From Thermoproteota archaeon (GTDB taxonomy: Archaea > Korarchaeota > Korarchaeia > Korarchaeales > Korarchaeaceae), in the NCBI GenBank assembly GCA_027492205.1, contig JAOZFN010000001.1:1-28316 (forward strand): DNA of 28,316 bases, in the 5' to 3' direction. Below, piece after piece: positions 1 to 8,295 of the stretch (position 1 is the stretch's first letter; each line of letters begins with the position of its first letter). The position numbers and the translations under genes are program-made. Under the pieces are notes generated by a model that saw nothing but the letters and a program-made list of their open reading frames with translations, was not told the origin of the DNA and did no database searches.

Positions 1-1382
1 AGGTAGACCTCTATCGGGTCGCCCCTCTCGACCCTCCTCTTAAGGAACTCGTAGAACCTGACGACGTGGGCGGTGTTGGGCACCCCCATGGTGAAGGGCT
101 GGGCGAACCTCGCCACGTACCTGATCTTGCCCACGACCTCCCTCGCCTGGGCTGGATGGCCTATGGTCCTGCCGTCGGCCAGCACCTTCGCCGCGAGGGC
201 CGGGTCCTCTATACTCACCCAGGCCCAGTCCGTGAAGTAGCCGGGGCTCAGAAAGATGGCGAAGTTCAGGGGCCCAGAGGACTGGACATCCCCGTCGAAG
301 TACCCCGTGTCCTCGAGCCTCAGGACCGACCTGGAGTTCCTGTTGGGGGCACCGAAGTATTGGAAGAGCTTTCCCTCAAAGCAGGGATTCCCGTTCTCGT
401 CGAACTCGGTGTTCTCGTGGAGGGCGTGCGGGCTCGTGGCCGCGCGCCACATGGCCTCCTGCTCGGGCGTGAGGTCCTCGGTCTTGGTCCAGGAGCCCCT
501 CTCCGACCCGATGACGGTGTCCTCGAATATGGCGATTATGTCGTCGTTCTTGATCACCTGATCCTTGACGTAGTCCAGCGGGTTGATGCCGAACTCCCTC
601 CGGTAGATCTCGGCGTTGTTGGGGGTCCAGACGTAGAGCCCGTGAGTCGACTTGCCAGTGCCGGTGAGGCCCCAGACGGCCATCACAATGCGCCTCCACT
701 CTCCCTCCACGGTCCTGACGGTGAACTCCCTCAACGAGGCGTGCTCGCCCGTCCCGCCCCTCTTGTAGACGTGGTAGATCCAGTGAGTGAGGACCGCCTT
801 CTTCAGCTCTCCCTGGTACGAGGAGACCGTGATGATGGTGAAGTTGTGGTGCGGGAACCTCATCACCATCAGCATCCTGTCCGTCCCTGGGATGCTGGGG
901 TTCCCCAGGTAGTGGGGGACGTGGAAGATCTCGACATCGGGCTCCTCGTCCGGCGGGGCGTCGAAGACCAGCTGCTTCCACCTGTACGCCAGGTCGGGGA
1001 ACTGTGGGTCGACGTAGGCCCGGGCGTGCATCTGGGCCTTGGTCCCTGGCTTGCCCACGTAGCCGTCCACCTTGATCAGTGGCCCCTGGGCGAGGATGTG
1101 CTCCAGCACCCGCATCAGGAGGAGCCTGTGCTCGGTCTCAAACTCGTCGTCGCTCTCAATCACAACGGTGTTCTTTGCGGACCTGCTCCAGATGTTGGAG
1201 GCCCAGTTCCACGACCCGTTCCTGAACCTCGTTCCGTAGAGCTGGGCCCTCTCGAGGAGGTCTGGGGGGTTGTCCAGTATGGGGGTTATGCCCGCCCTCC
1301 TCTTGACCTCCAGGATCCTCTTGAACGTCTCCTTGAAGCTCTGAGGGGTTATCTCCTCCAGCGGCGGGATTACCCTCTCCAT
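1..1382 (-). CDS. pckA: Phosphoenolpyruvate carboxykinase, ATP-type family (3' end outside window)
   Basis: Manual translation from ATG at 1382 (GAGGT RBS upstream) is open to the window edge: MERVIPPLEE...SSYQGELKKAVL (YxGExKK)...GEHASL...WGLTGTGKST (P-loop)...IKNDD...GSERGSWTKTEDL...NRNSRSV. This is the PEPCK_ATP motif order. Missing from the ORF track because there is no stop in the window. Confidence 0.85.
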   Translation of the reverse strand, partial: MERVIPPLEEITPQSFKETFKRILEVKRRAGITPILDNPPDLLERAQLYGTRFRNGSWNWASNIWSRSAKNTVVIESDDEFETEHRLLLMRVLEHILAQGPLIKVDGYVGKPGTKAQMHARAYVDPQFPDLAYRWKQLVFDAPPDEEPDVEIFHVPHYLGNPSIPGTDRMLMVMRFPHHNFTIITVSSYQGELKKAVLTHWIYHVYKRGGTGEHASLREFTVRTVEGEWRRIVMAVWGLTGTGKSTHGLYVWTPNNAEIYRREFGINPLDYVKDQVIKNDDIIAIFEDTVIGSERGSWTKTEDLTPEQEAMWRAATSPHALHENTEFDENGNPCFEGKLFQYFGAPNRNSRSVLRLEDTGYFDGDVQSSGPLNFAIFLSPGYFTDWAWVSIEDPALAAKVLADGRTIGHPAQAREVVGKIRYVARFAQPFTMGVPNTAHVVRFYEFLKRRVERGDPIEVY

Positions 1383-1561
1383 CCGGCCTACCTCGCACCC
1401 ACCCACTCGCGACCCTAAAAAATCGTTCCAATTTCTCCCTCGCCGCCCAAGCGGGCCGGCCGGTCGTCGGCATTGCCCATCCCTCTCCGACCGCCGAGAT
1501 TAAGGGGTGGCCAGCCCACGCCGAGGGAGGACCTCGCCGGTCGTGTGAGTGGCTCGGGGCC

Positions 1562-1987
1562 TCAGCAGGATCCCCTGAAGGGACAGGAGGAGCAGGCGCT
1601 CATGTCCATCAGGAACTCGTCTGGGAGGTCTACTCCCTCCGCATCGGGCCTCATCAGGGGAACGATACGCTTCAGGCCGACGGCGGTGAACTTCTCCTCC
1701 ATAGGGTCTTTCCCCCCTCCCCCCGTGACGTGCCTGGGGTCGAGCACGACCCTCCCACCGAGCGAGGCCAGGGCCTCGCGTAGGGTGACGCCTTCCACCC
1801 AGGCGACCTCCCCCTCGGCCACTGGGCCGAGATCCGATTCGATGCGGACCTTCGCACCCTCGTGGGGAGCGCCTGAGCCGGCGGGCAGGAGGAGCACATC
1901 CCTCCTACCGGAGGAGACGTCTACCTCAGTTCCGGGCGGTATCCTGAGCACGAGCCTGCCGGGCGTCTGATCTCTCATCAACTCCAT
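1562..1987 (-). CDS. Hypothetical protein, possibly PUA/ASCH-like, with C-terminal CxxCPxxxxC
   Basis: 141 aa, host-like codon use, TATA-like TTTAATATA 24-32 nt upstream, ends ACSSCPFRGSC. Confidence 0.6.
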   Translation of the reverse strand: MELMRDQTPGRLVLRIPPGTEVDVSSGRRDVLLLPAGSGAPHEGAKVRIESDLGPVAEGEVAWVEGVTLREALASLGGRVVLDPRHVTGGGGKDPMEEKFTAVGLKRIVPLMRPDAEGVDLPDEFLMDMSACSSCPFRGSC

Positions 1988-1999
1988 CCTCAGGCTGTA

Positions 2000-2019
2000 A
2001 TAACTTATGTTATATTAAA
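2000..2019 (-). promoter_or_regulatory. TATA box with overlapping inverted repeat ATAAC-N4-GTTAT
   Basis: TTTAATATA (minus strand, 2019-2011) and palindrome at 2000-2013, just upstream of the ATG at 1987. Confidence 0.5.
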
Positions 2020-2123
2020 GCGGCGCGAAGCGGCTGAGGGTTCCACGCGAAAGGTCGCCTCAGAGGGGATCTCTTTAGGTCACGCTCAAGCGTGCGGAGC
2101 CGCGGCTGGCGAGCGTGGTCTGT

Positions 2124-2474
2124 CTAGGCGATCTTCTCCGCCCTGACCCTTCTGTAGGGGTCCGAGACCCTCACGGTGTCGTCCTTGGGCTGAGTGGAGA
2201 CCTCAAGCACCTGGCTGTCCTCCAGCGGCACGAGCCTGTGCTCGGTTCCGGGCTCTATCGTCACCTCATCTCCGGGGGAGAGCTCGTAGTTGCGCTCGGA
2301 GGTCTCGACCCTGAGGCGACCGGACACGACGTAGAGGGTCTCCTTCTTGAGGGGGTGGAAGTGGAGGCTGGTGGGCTTCCCTCCCTGCATCTCGAGTATT
2401 TTGGCGGCGTATTCGGGCTCGTCCACTATCAAGAACTCCCTACCCCAGGGCTTCTCCACCAGCCTCTTGGGCAT
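2124..2474 (-). CDS. Cupin domain protein (mannose-6-phosphate isomerase type II-like)
   Basis: EKPWGRE...SLHFHPLKKETLYVVSG...IEPGTEHRL matches cupin motifs 1 and 2. Confidence 0.85.
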   Translation of the reverse strand: MPKRLVEKPWGREFLIVDEPEYAAKILEMQGGKPTSLHFHPLKKETLYVVSGRLRVETSERNYELSPGDEVTIEPGTEHRLVPLEDSQVLEVSTQPKDDTVRVSDPYRRVRAEKIA

Positions 2475-2562
2475 TCGCCGCCCACCGGAGCCCGTGGAAG
2501 TGCCGGGAAGATGGTAAAAACCCCTGCGCAGGCTTTCACACCCGAAAAATATCCTCCAGCCT

Positions 2563-3015
2563 TCACTCCACGACGATCGGCAGCCTGACGGTCAGGGGGT
2601 CCTGCGGCGGGTAGGGGAGGGACACGCTCACCCAGATCACCCAGTCTGAGGGTCCGCTCAACGTCGCGACGGCGGAGTTCGTCACGGATCCTCCCGGGGG
2701 AATCTCTCGTGCGCTGATCACCTGGACGCAGGGCTTTTCGGGATCGTAGGCCGGCTGGACGTATTTCACGTCAGCGCCGCCCCCCTCCACCGCTATCGAG
2801 ACGTCGGGGTGGCAAGGCGTCGGCAGCAGGTAGGCGATGGGCCCTCCGCCGACGTTCTCGACCCTGGCGAGAACCGTGACCTGACCACCCGGGGTGATCC
2901 AGGGCCTGTCGACCCAAACCTCCAAGGTCAGGCCGCCCCGGGACAGGCTGGCTGCGGGCCGGGACACCCACCCCAGCAGGTAGGCGCGCGCGAACGAGAG
3001 GAGTCGGTCGAGCAC
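2563..3015 (-). CDS. Hypothetical Ig-like (BsuPI-like) protein; frame stays open upstream to 3255
   Basis: LTLEVWVDR..ITPGGQVTVLARVENVG..PCVQVISAREIPPG resembles BsuPI-type beta-sandwiches. The true start is uncertain. Confidence 0.5.
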   Translation of the reverse strand: MLDRLLSFARAYLLGWVSRPAASLSRGGLTLEVWVDRPWITPGGQVTVLARVENVGGGPIAYLLPTPCHPDVSIAVEGGGADVKYVQPAYDPEKPCVQVISAREIPPGGSVTNSAVATLSGPSDWVIWVSVSLPYPPQDPLTVRLPIVVE

Positions 3016-3255
3016 CGCTATCTCCTCGGGAACCTGGCCGTCGGCCGCCCACGGGTCGACCCAGCTGACGTTGATCCCGAGGGCCGGGGACTCAACCCGA
3101 TGGGTGAAGTAGTCGGCCGCCCCTCTCGCCGGTCCCGGTCCCCGAGGATCGGCTACCTCCTGGAGTGGTCGGACCTGAACGGGAACGGGGACGTCCAGAT
3201 AGGCGAGGCCAGCTTGGCGGCGACGTTCGAGACCCCGTGACGGTCTGACGTCGGC

Positions 3256-4050
3256 TCAGTCCTCGCCCGCCAGCCAGGCCGCCGCCGCAGGGAGGGCGAG
3301 GGCCGTCCTGTCTCCAGCCTCGGCGACCTCCCCGAGGACGTAGAGGAGGACCGGGGCGCCCACCTCCAGGCCCCTGAGGAATCTCGAAGCCTCCTCACCC
3401 ACTTCGCTCTCCCTCAACCTCTCGAGCACCTCGCTCAGCCCGATCACGCCCCCGAAAGAGAGGGCCTCCAGGGCGAGGAACCTCCCCGTGACGGCGCCGG
3501 CCCCGACCGCCCTGCCGAGCCAGTAGACCGGGGCCGGAACCAGCTGCCTGACGTGGGGCCCCAGCCCCGCCTCCTCTAGTCCCTCGTCCACCATCTTGTA
3601 GTACCGGAACTCCGGAAGCTCCCTGACGACCTCGACGGCCGTCGCGGAGAGATACTCCACCGCCTCCTCCACGCTCACCCCGTCCTTCAGCGTCCGGACG
3701 GAGTCTACCAGCCTCTTGAACGCCTGGGGCTTCCCCTCCACGCCCGCCTTGCCCACCAGGAGCGAAATCGCGGCGGCGCCCAGCGCGCCGGTGGGGGTTG
3801 TGAGGTCCCCAACCGCCCTCCTGATCGCCTCGAGCCCGCTGTCGACGACCTCGGGGGGGAGGGACTCCACGCTCTCCCTGAGCTCAGAGGGCGAGACGTG
3901 TCCGAGTATGTACCCGGCCTCCTCCGCCGCCTCCTCCACCAGCCGATCAGCGGACGGGGGCTCTCCGCTGAGGAGTATCCTGAACCCCCTCTCAAGGTTC
4001 CTCCAGTAGGCCGAAGCGCTCCCCAATATCCTCTCGAGAGCTCCTCTCAA
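3256..4050 (-). CDS. Hypothetical alpha-helical protein with Gly/Ala-rich hydrophobic segments
   Basis: 264-aa ORF, host-like codon use, TTATAT box about 25-30 nt upstream of the TTG start. Confidence 0.7.
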   Translation of the reverse strand: MRGALERILGSASAYWRNLERGFRILLSGEPPSADRLVEEAAEEAGYILGHVSPSELRESVESLPPEVVDSGLEAIRRAVGDLTTPTGALGAAAISLLVGKAGVEGKPQAFKRLVDSVRTLKDGVSVEEAVEYLSATAVEVVRELPEFRYYKMVDEGLEEAGLGPHVRQLVPAPVYWLGRAVGAGAVTGRFLALEALSFGGVIGLSEVLERLRESEVGEEASRFLRGLEVGAPVLLYVLGEVAEAGDRTALALPAAAAWLAGED

Positions 4051-4182
4051 TCCTGGCGCACCCCCGGCCCCCCGGATATAACGCTTCGCTTGGATTGGCT
4101 TGGCGCTCAGCGGTGAGCGGCACGGATAAAGTGGAGTCCAGCGCGGGCGGCGCGCCCGCTGACCGGGCGGGAGCTGCTATAG

Positions 4183-5799
4183 ATGTCGGACCAGAGGTTC
4201 GACTCGATAGTCCGTGAGTTCTTCTTTCGCTTCCTAGAGATGGAGCCCGTCATGGCGACCTTCTTCGGCGTCCACGAGCACGATGGGCGGCTCCCCGAGG
4301 GGACGAGGAGGCACGTCCAGGAGGAGGTGAGGCTCGTCAGGGAGTTCCGGGAGGAGGTCGAGTCGATCCCCCCCGAGTCCCTCTCGAGGGACGCGAGGAT
4401 AGACAGGGAGCTGGCGCTGCTGTCGGCGGACCTGGCCGTATTTCAGTTCGAGGAGCTGAGGAACTGGGAGAGGGCGGACGGAGTCCCCGACACGGTAGGG
4501 GAGGGCGTATTCCTGCTGCTGGCCAGGGACTTCGCGCCCCTGGAGCAGAGGCTGGAGAGCGTCGCCTCGAGGCTCGAGGAGGTCCCAGCCTTCGAGTCGA
4601 GGTCGAGGGAGCTCCTGTCTGAACCGGTGAGGATATGGGCCGAGATAGCGCTGGAGTCGACTAGGTACGCGCCGGCCCTGTTCGGGGCCGCGGTGCAGTC
4701 CGCCGGCGAGGTTAGTGCCGAACTCCGGAGGAGGCTGCAGGAGGCTGCTCAGGCGGCCTCGGAGGCGATGGCCGGGCACGCCAAGTGGCTGCAGGAGGAC
4801 GTGATCCCCAGGGCCAAGGAGGAGTTCGCCATCGGACGGGAGATGTTCGAGAGGCTCCTGGAGCTGAGGGGCATAGAGATGAGTTCCGACGAGATACTCC
4901 GGCTCGGCTGGGACTACCTGGAGAGGATGGAGAGGGAGAGGGCCGAGATCGCGAGGGCCATAGACCCGGACGCCTCGCCGGAGGAGGTGCTGAAGAGAAT
5001 CAAGTCCAGGCACCCAGAGACCTTTGACGAGCTGATACGGGCATACAGGTCGGCCATGGAGGAGGCCAGGAGGTTCGTGATCGAGAGGGGCATCGTGACG
5101 GTCCCGGAGAACGAGAGGCTCGACGTGACGGAGACCCCGGAGTTCCTCAGGCACCTGATACCCTTCGCCGCCTACATGCCCCCGGCGAAGTTCGATCCGG
5201 TGAGGCAGGGCATCTACCTCGTCACCCCGCCGGCCACGCCCGAGATGTTCGCCGAGCACAGCTACGCCAGCATCGAGAACACCTCGGTGCACGAGGCCTA
5301 CCCGGGGCACCACCTCCAGTTCTCCTGCGCCCTCGAGAACCCCTCCCTCGTCAGGCTGCTCTCTCAGCCCGTGGAGTTCCAGGAGGGCTGGGCCTTCTAC
5401 TGCGAGGAGATGATGAAGGAGCAGGGCTTCCACGACGACCCGGAGCACGGGCTGATAATGGTGAACGACCTCCTCTGGAGGGCCGCCAGGATCGTACTGG
5501 ACGTCAAGCTACACAGGGGCGAGATGAGCGTCGAGGAGGCCATAGACTTCCTCGTGGAGCGCGTGGGGATGGACAGGAATGCGGCTGCGGCCGAGGTGAG
5601 GAGGTACACGATGACCCCCACCTACCCGCTCTCGTACCTGCTGGGCAAGCACCTGATCGTTCAGCTCAGGAGGGAGCTGGAGGAGAGGCTCGGAGACCGG
5701 TTCGACCTCAGGAGGTTCCACGACGCGATGCTCTACGCCGGGAACCTGCCTTGGAGGTTCATGAGGAGGGTGGTCTTGGAGGAGTTCGGCTTGGCCTGA
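4183..5799 (+). CDS. DUF885 family putative zinc metallopeptidase
   Basis: HEAYPGHHLQ and EGWAFYCE motifs, EVRRYTMTPTYPLSYLLG, FDLRRFHDAML. No signal peptide. Confidence 0.92.
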   Translation: MSDQRFDSIVREFFFRFLEMEPVMATFFGVHEHDGRLPEGTRRHVQEEVRLVREFREEVESIPPESLSRDARIDRELALLSADLAVFQFEELRNWERADGVPDTVGEGVFLLLARDFAPLEQRLESVASRLEEVPAFESRSRELLSEPVRIWAEIALESTRYAPALFGAAVQSAGEVSAELRRRLQEAAQAASEAMAGHAKWLQEDVIPRAKEEFAIGREMFERLLELRGIEMSSDEILRLGWDYLERMERERAEIARAIDPDASPEEVLKRIKSRHPETFDELIRAYRSAMEEARRFVIERGIVTVPENERLDVTETPEFLRHLIPFAAYMPPAKFDPVRQGIYLVTPPATPEMFAEHSYASIENTSVHEAYPGHHLQFSCALENPSLVRLLSQPVEFQEGWAFYCEEMMKEQGFHDDPEHGLIMVNDLLWRAARIVLDVKLHRGEMSVEEAIDFLVERVGMDRNAAAAEVRRYTMTPTYPLSYLLGKHLIVQLRRELEERLGDRFDLRRFHDAMLYAGNLPWRFMRRVVLEEFGLA

Positions 5800-5844
5800 A
5801 TCGAGCCCGAACGCGTGGGCGGGACGACTCGACCGGTCGCCGCG

Positions 5845-6936
5845 TCAGAGCCAGGCCTCCAGGGCGCCTCCGACGCCGACCTCGGCGGGCTCGAACTCGT
5901 ATATGTGGGGGCGCAGGCTCGGGTGGCCACGGGAGATGCCGGCGAGGGTGAACACGTCGGGCTTGTAGACCATCCTTCCCGAGACGCCCAGGCTGGCGAG
6001 CCACCTGGCCACCTCGGCCACGCCCCTAGGGTTCAGGAAGTTTGGGGTGTAGACCATGACGGCCTTGAAGTCCTCCCTCTTCCAGCTCACCTTTGCCCTG
6101 AGCGCCGGGACGGCCCCGGAGCTTATGGCCTCGGCGACCCTCCGGAAGAGCCTCAGGGCCTCTCGGGTGGACATGAACACGATCCACTTTCCGACCACCG
6201 TGGGCTTCCCGTCTAGCTTGGACGGGCGCCCGAGCAGGGACACCGCGTGGCTCAGCTCCTGACGCAGAACCCTGAGGCCGGCCTCTCTGGCCTGGCTGAC
6301 CAGGGACAGAGATCCGGGGTACTCGCTCAGGGCGCTCTGAACGTTGGGCGGCGAGACCCTGGGGTTCACGGACGTCCACACCCAGCCCCTGGCCGGGGTG
6401 AACCTCTCAGACCTCGCCATGGACGTCATCAGCCCCTCCAGCCTCCGCCTGACCTCCGAGTCCCCCAGGGCCGGGAGCTCGAACGACCACCTCGAGCGGG
6501 GTATGGAGCTGAGGCACCTCCAGGCCTCCACCGCCAGGTCGACGAGCCTGGCCGCCTCGGTCCGGGACAGGCCGTTCACCGCCTGTATCCAGAGAAAGGC
6601 CTCCCCGAACCTCCGCCTGACCTGAGCCAGGCCGAGGTGCGTGGCCAGATGGCACCTGGGGCAGAGGCTCCTGAACCCGGCGAGCCTCGCGACCGCCCCG
6701 CCGTCGGCCTCCTCGTACTCCCACACCTCGTCCAGCTCCTTCGCCTCTGACCCGCACACCTGGCACTCGGTCGACCTCTCCAGGGACCTCCAGATGGACT
6801 GGACGTCCGGCGGGTCCTCGCCCTCCTCCAGCCAGAGCTCGAGCACCCTGGGGTCCATGTCGGCCAGGTTGGCGAGGGAGATCCACCAGAGCGGCTCGGG
6901 GACGAGCCTGGGCCTCAGCTTCAGCCCCCCAGCCAT
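5845..6936 (-). CDS. HNH-like zinc-finger nuclease domain fused to DUF1917 (BLES03/eIF4E-like) domain
   Basis: N-terminal LVPEPLW..CQVCG..DEVWEY..LCPRCHLATHLG; C-terminal GKWIVF..AKVS..VMVYTPNF..YKPDVFTLAGI. ATG at 6936 preferred over the track start at 7008. Confidence 0.7.
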   Translation of the reverse strand: MAGGLKLRPRLVPEPLWWISLANLADMDPRVLELWLEEGEDPPDVQSIWRSLERSTECQVCGSEAKELDEVWEYEEADGGAVARLAGFRSLCPRCHLATHLGLAQVRRRFGEAFLWIQAVNGLSRTEAARLVDLAVEAWRCLSSIPRSRWSFELPALGDSEVRRRLEGLMTSMARSERFTPARGWVWTSVNPRVSPPNVQSALSEYPGSLSLVSQAREAGLRVLRQELSHAVSLLGRPSKLDGKPTVVGKWIVFMSTREALRLFRRVAEAISSGAVPALRAKVSWKREDFKAVMVYTPNFLNPRGVAEVARWLASLGVSGRMVYKPDVFTLAGISRGHPSLRPHIYEFEPAEVGVGGALEAWL

Positions 6937-7073
6937 GGCCCTGTAGGCCCTAACCTGGCGGTCGCAGCGGCCCAAGCTCCCCTGTGGTCTTGGTCTGGAG
7001 GTTACCAAAAATGGTTTTCAACCCGAACCCGCGTGGGGTCGACCCTTAAATCGGATGCGAGCCCGGTGGGTCG

Positions 7074-7346
7074 ATGCGGGCCGCGGAGGTTATCGGAAAG
7101 GGCGTCGTCACCACGGACGGCGCGCTCTTGGGGAAGGTGGCTGACCTGATCCTGGACCTGGAGGGGTGGAGGGTCAGGGAGCTTGTGATCTCCCTCAGCA
7201 AGGACGTCGCCCAGCAGCTCGGCATGAAGAGGCTGTTCGGCAGCCCCAAGGTGGCGGTCCCGGTGAGCTACGTCTCGGGCGTCAAGGACGTGATCTCGCT
7301 CTCCACGGACAGCGCCTCCCTGAAGTCCGCGGTCAGGCAGATTTGA
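7074..7346 (+). CDS. PRC-barrel domain protein
   Basis: MRAAEVIGKGVVTTDGALLGKVADLILD...VPVSYVSGVKDVISL; CTTAAAT box at about 7045. Confidence 0.9.
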   Translation: MRAAEVIGKGVVTTDGALLGKVADLILDLEGWRVRELVISLSKDVAQQLGMKRLFGSPKVAVPVSYVSGVKDVISLSTDSASLKSAVRQI

Positions 7347-7428
7347 TTCGAACGCGTTCAGCCGCCAACGCGGCTGACCGGGAACCTCTGCCGCCGTCCG
7401 CCTGGAGGGGTTCAGCCGGGGACCTAGC

Positions 7429-7989
7429 TCAACCCGCCCCCTCGACGGACACCCTCCATACCATGTCCGCGTACCAGGCCAGCCACGCGATCAGGGCCAC
7501 CATCTCGGGGACCGCTATTCCCCATTGGACCTCCAGCCTGGCGTAGGAGATCCAGCCGGCCAGCGACACCGGAATGGCAGTCGCCGGCGTGAGCGATCTT
7601 CTCTCCCAGGAGTAGGATCCGGCGGCGGCCAGGAGAGAGAGGGAGAAGGCCGCGGCCGACGCGTCGTGGGGGGCGCCGTAGCTCTCGTCGAAGGCGGCGA
7701 CGAGCGTCAGGAGGTAGGCCGAGAGCCCGAGGATCAGGGAGGTAAGTGGGAACCTCCCCCTCCCGCACCCCGCCGAGAAGGTCAGGAGGGCGGCCCCCGC
7801 GGTTGCGAGGGACAGGTTGAAGGTCACGGCGACCGGGCTGAGCTGAGCGTGGCCCAGGTCGCTCAGGGCGTTCTGTCGCCAGCTGAACTCCGGGCAGGAG
7901 GCGATTGAGAGCGCCACGCCCCCCATACCAACGGCGGGGGCCAGGCTGCCAAGCAGCAGCGCGGTCCACCAGACGCGGCGCCGGGACAT
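7429..7989 (-). CDS. DUF998 family membrane protein
   Basis: FSWRQNALSDLG, FN, FDESYGAPH and IAVPE motifs with several TM segments. Start ATG 7989 (MSRRRVWW); the track's longer N-terminus looks spurious. Confidence 0.85.
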   Translation of the reverse strand: MSRRRVWWTALLLGSLAPAVGMGGVALSIASCPEFSWRQNALSDLGHAQLSPVAVTFNLSLATAGAALLTFSAGCGRGRFPLTSLILGLSAYLLTLVAAFDESYGAPHDASAAAFSLSLLAAAGSYSWERRSLTPATAIPVSLAGWISYARLEVQWGIAVPEMVALIAWLAWYADMVWRVSVEGAG

Positions 7990-8295
7990 CCCCGCCTCCC
8001 CCGGGCGGGGCGTTATAGACTTCTCCCCTCCGCGGTCAACGGACTCGGCCTCTCCCACGGGCCGTCGATTTGGGCAACTCACGCGCCTCGTCGGCGGGGG
8101 TCTCGGCTCACCCGACCTTCTACACCCCCTGATCTGGTGCCCAGATCCCGCGCCTGCCGGAGCCCGGTCCTCGCCCCCGGCCGCCGTCTCGGGTAAGCAG
8201 CGACGGCCCGGCCTCACGATGCCGCGGGCGGTGAAAGAAGGGGAGTGGGAGGTTGGGGGGGTTACGGGGAAGCAGCCGACCGACCCGAGAGAGAG

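Noticed and set aside
66-1418. 450-aa plus-strand ORF
   Set aside because: Antisense shadow of the PEPCK gene, typical of high-GC DNA, with no motifs.
4234-5448. 404-aa minus ORF, and similarly 8788-9879 (+) and 20748-21641 (-)
   Set aside because: Antisense shadows of well-supported genes on the opposite strand.
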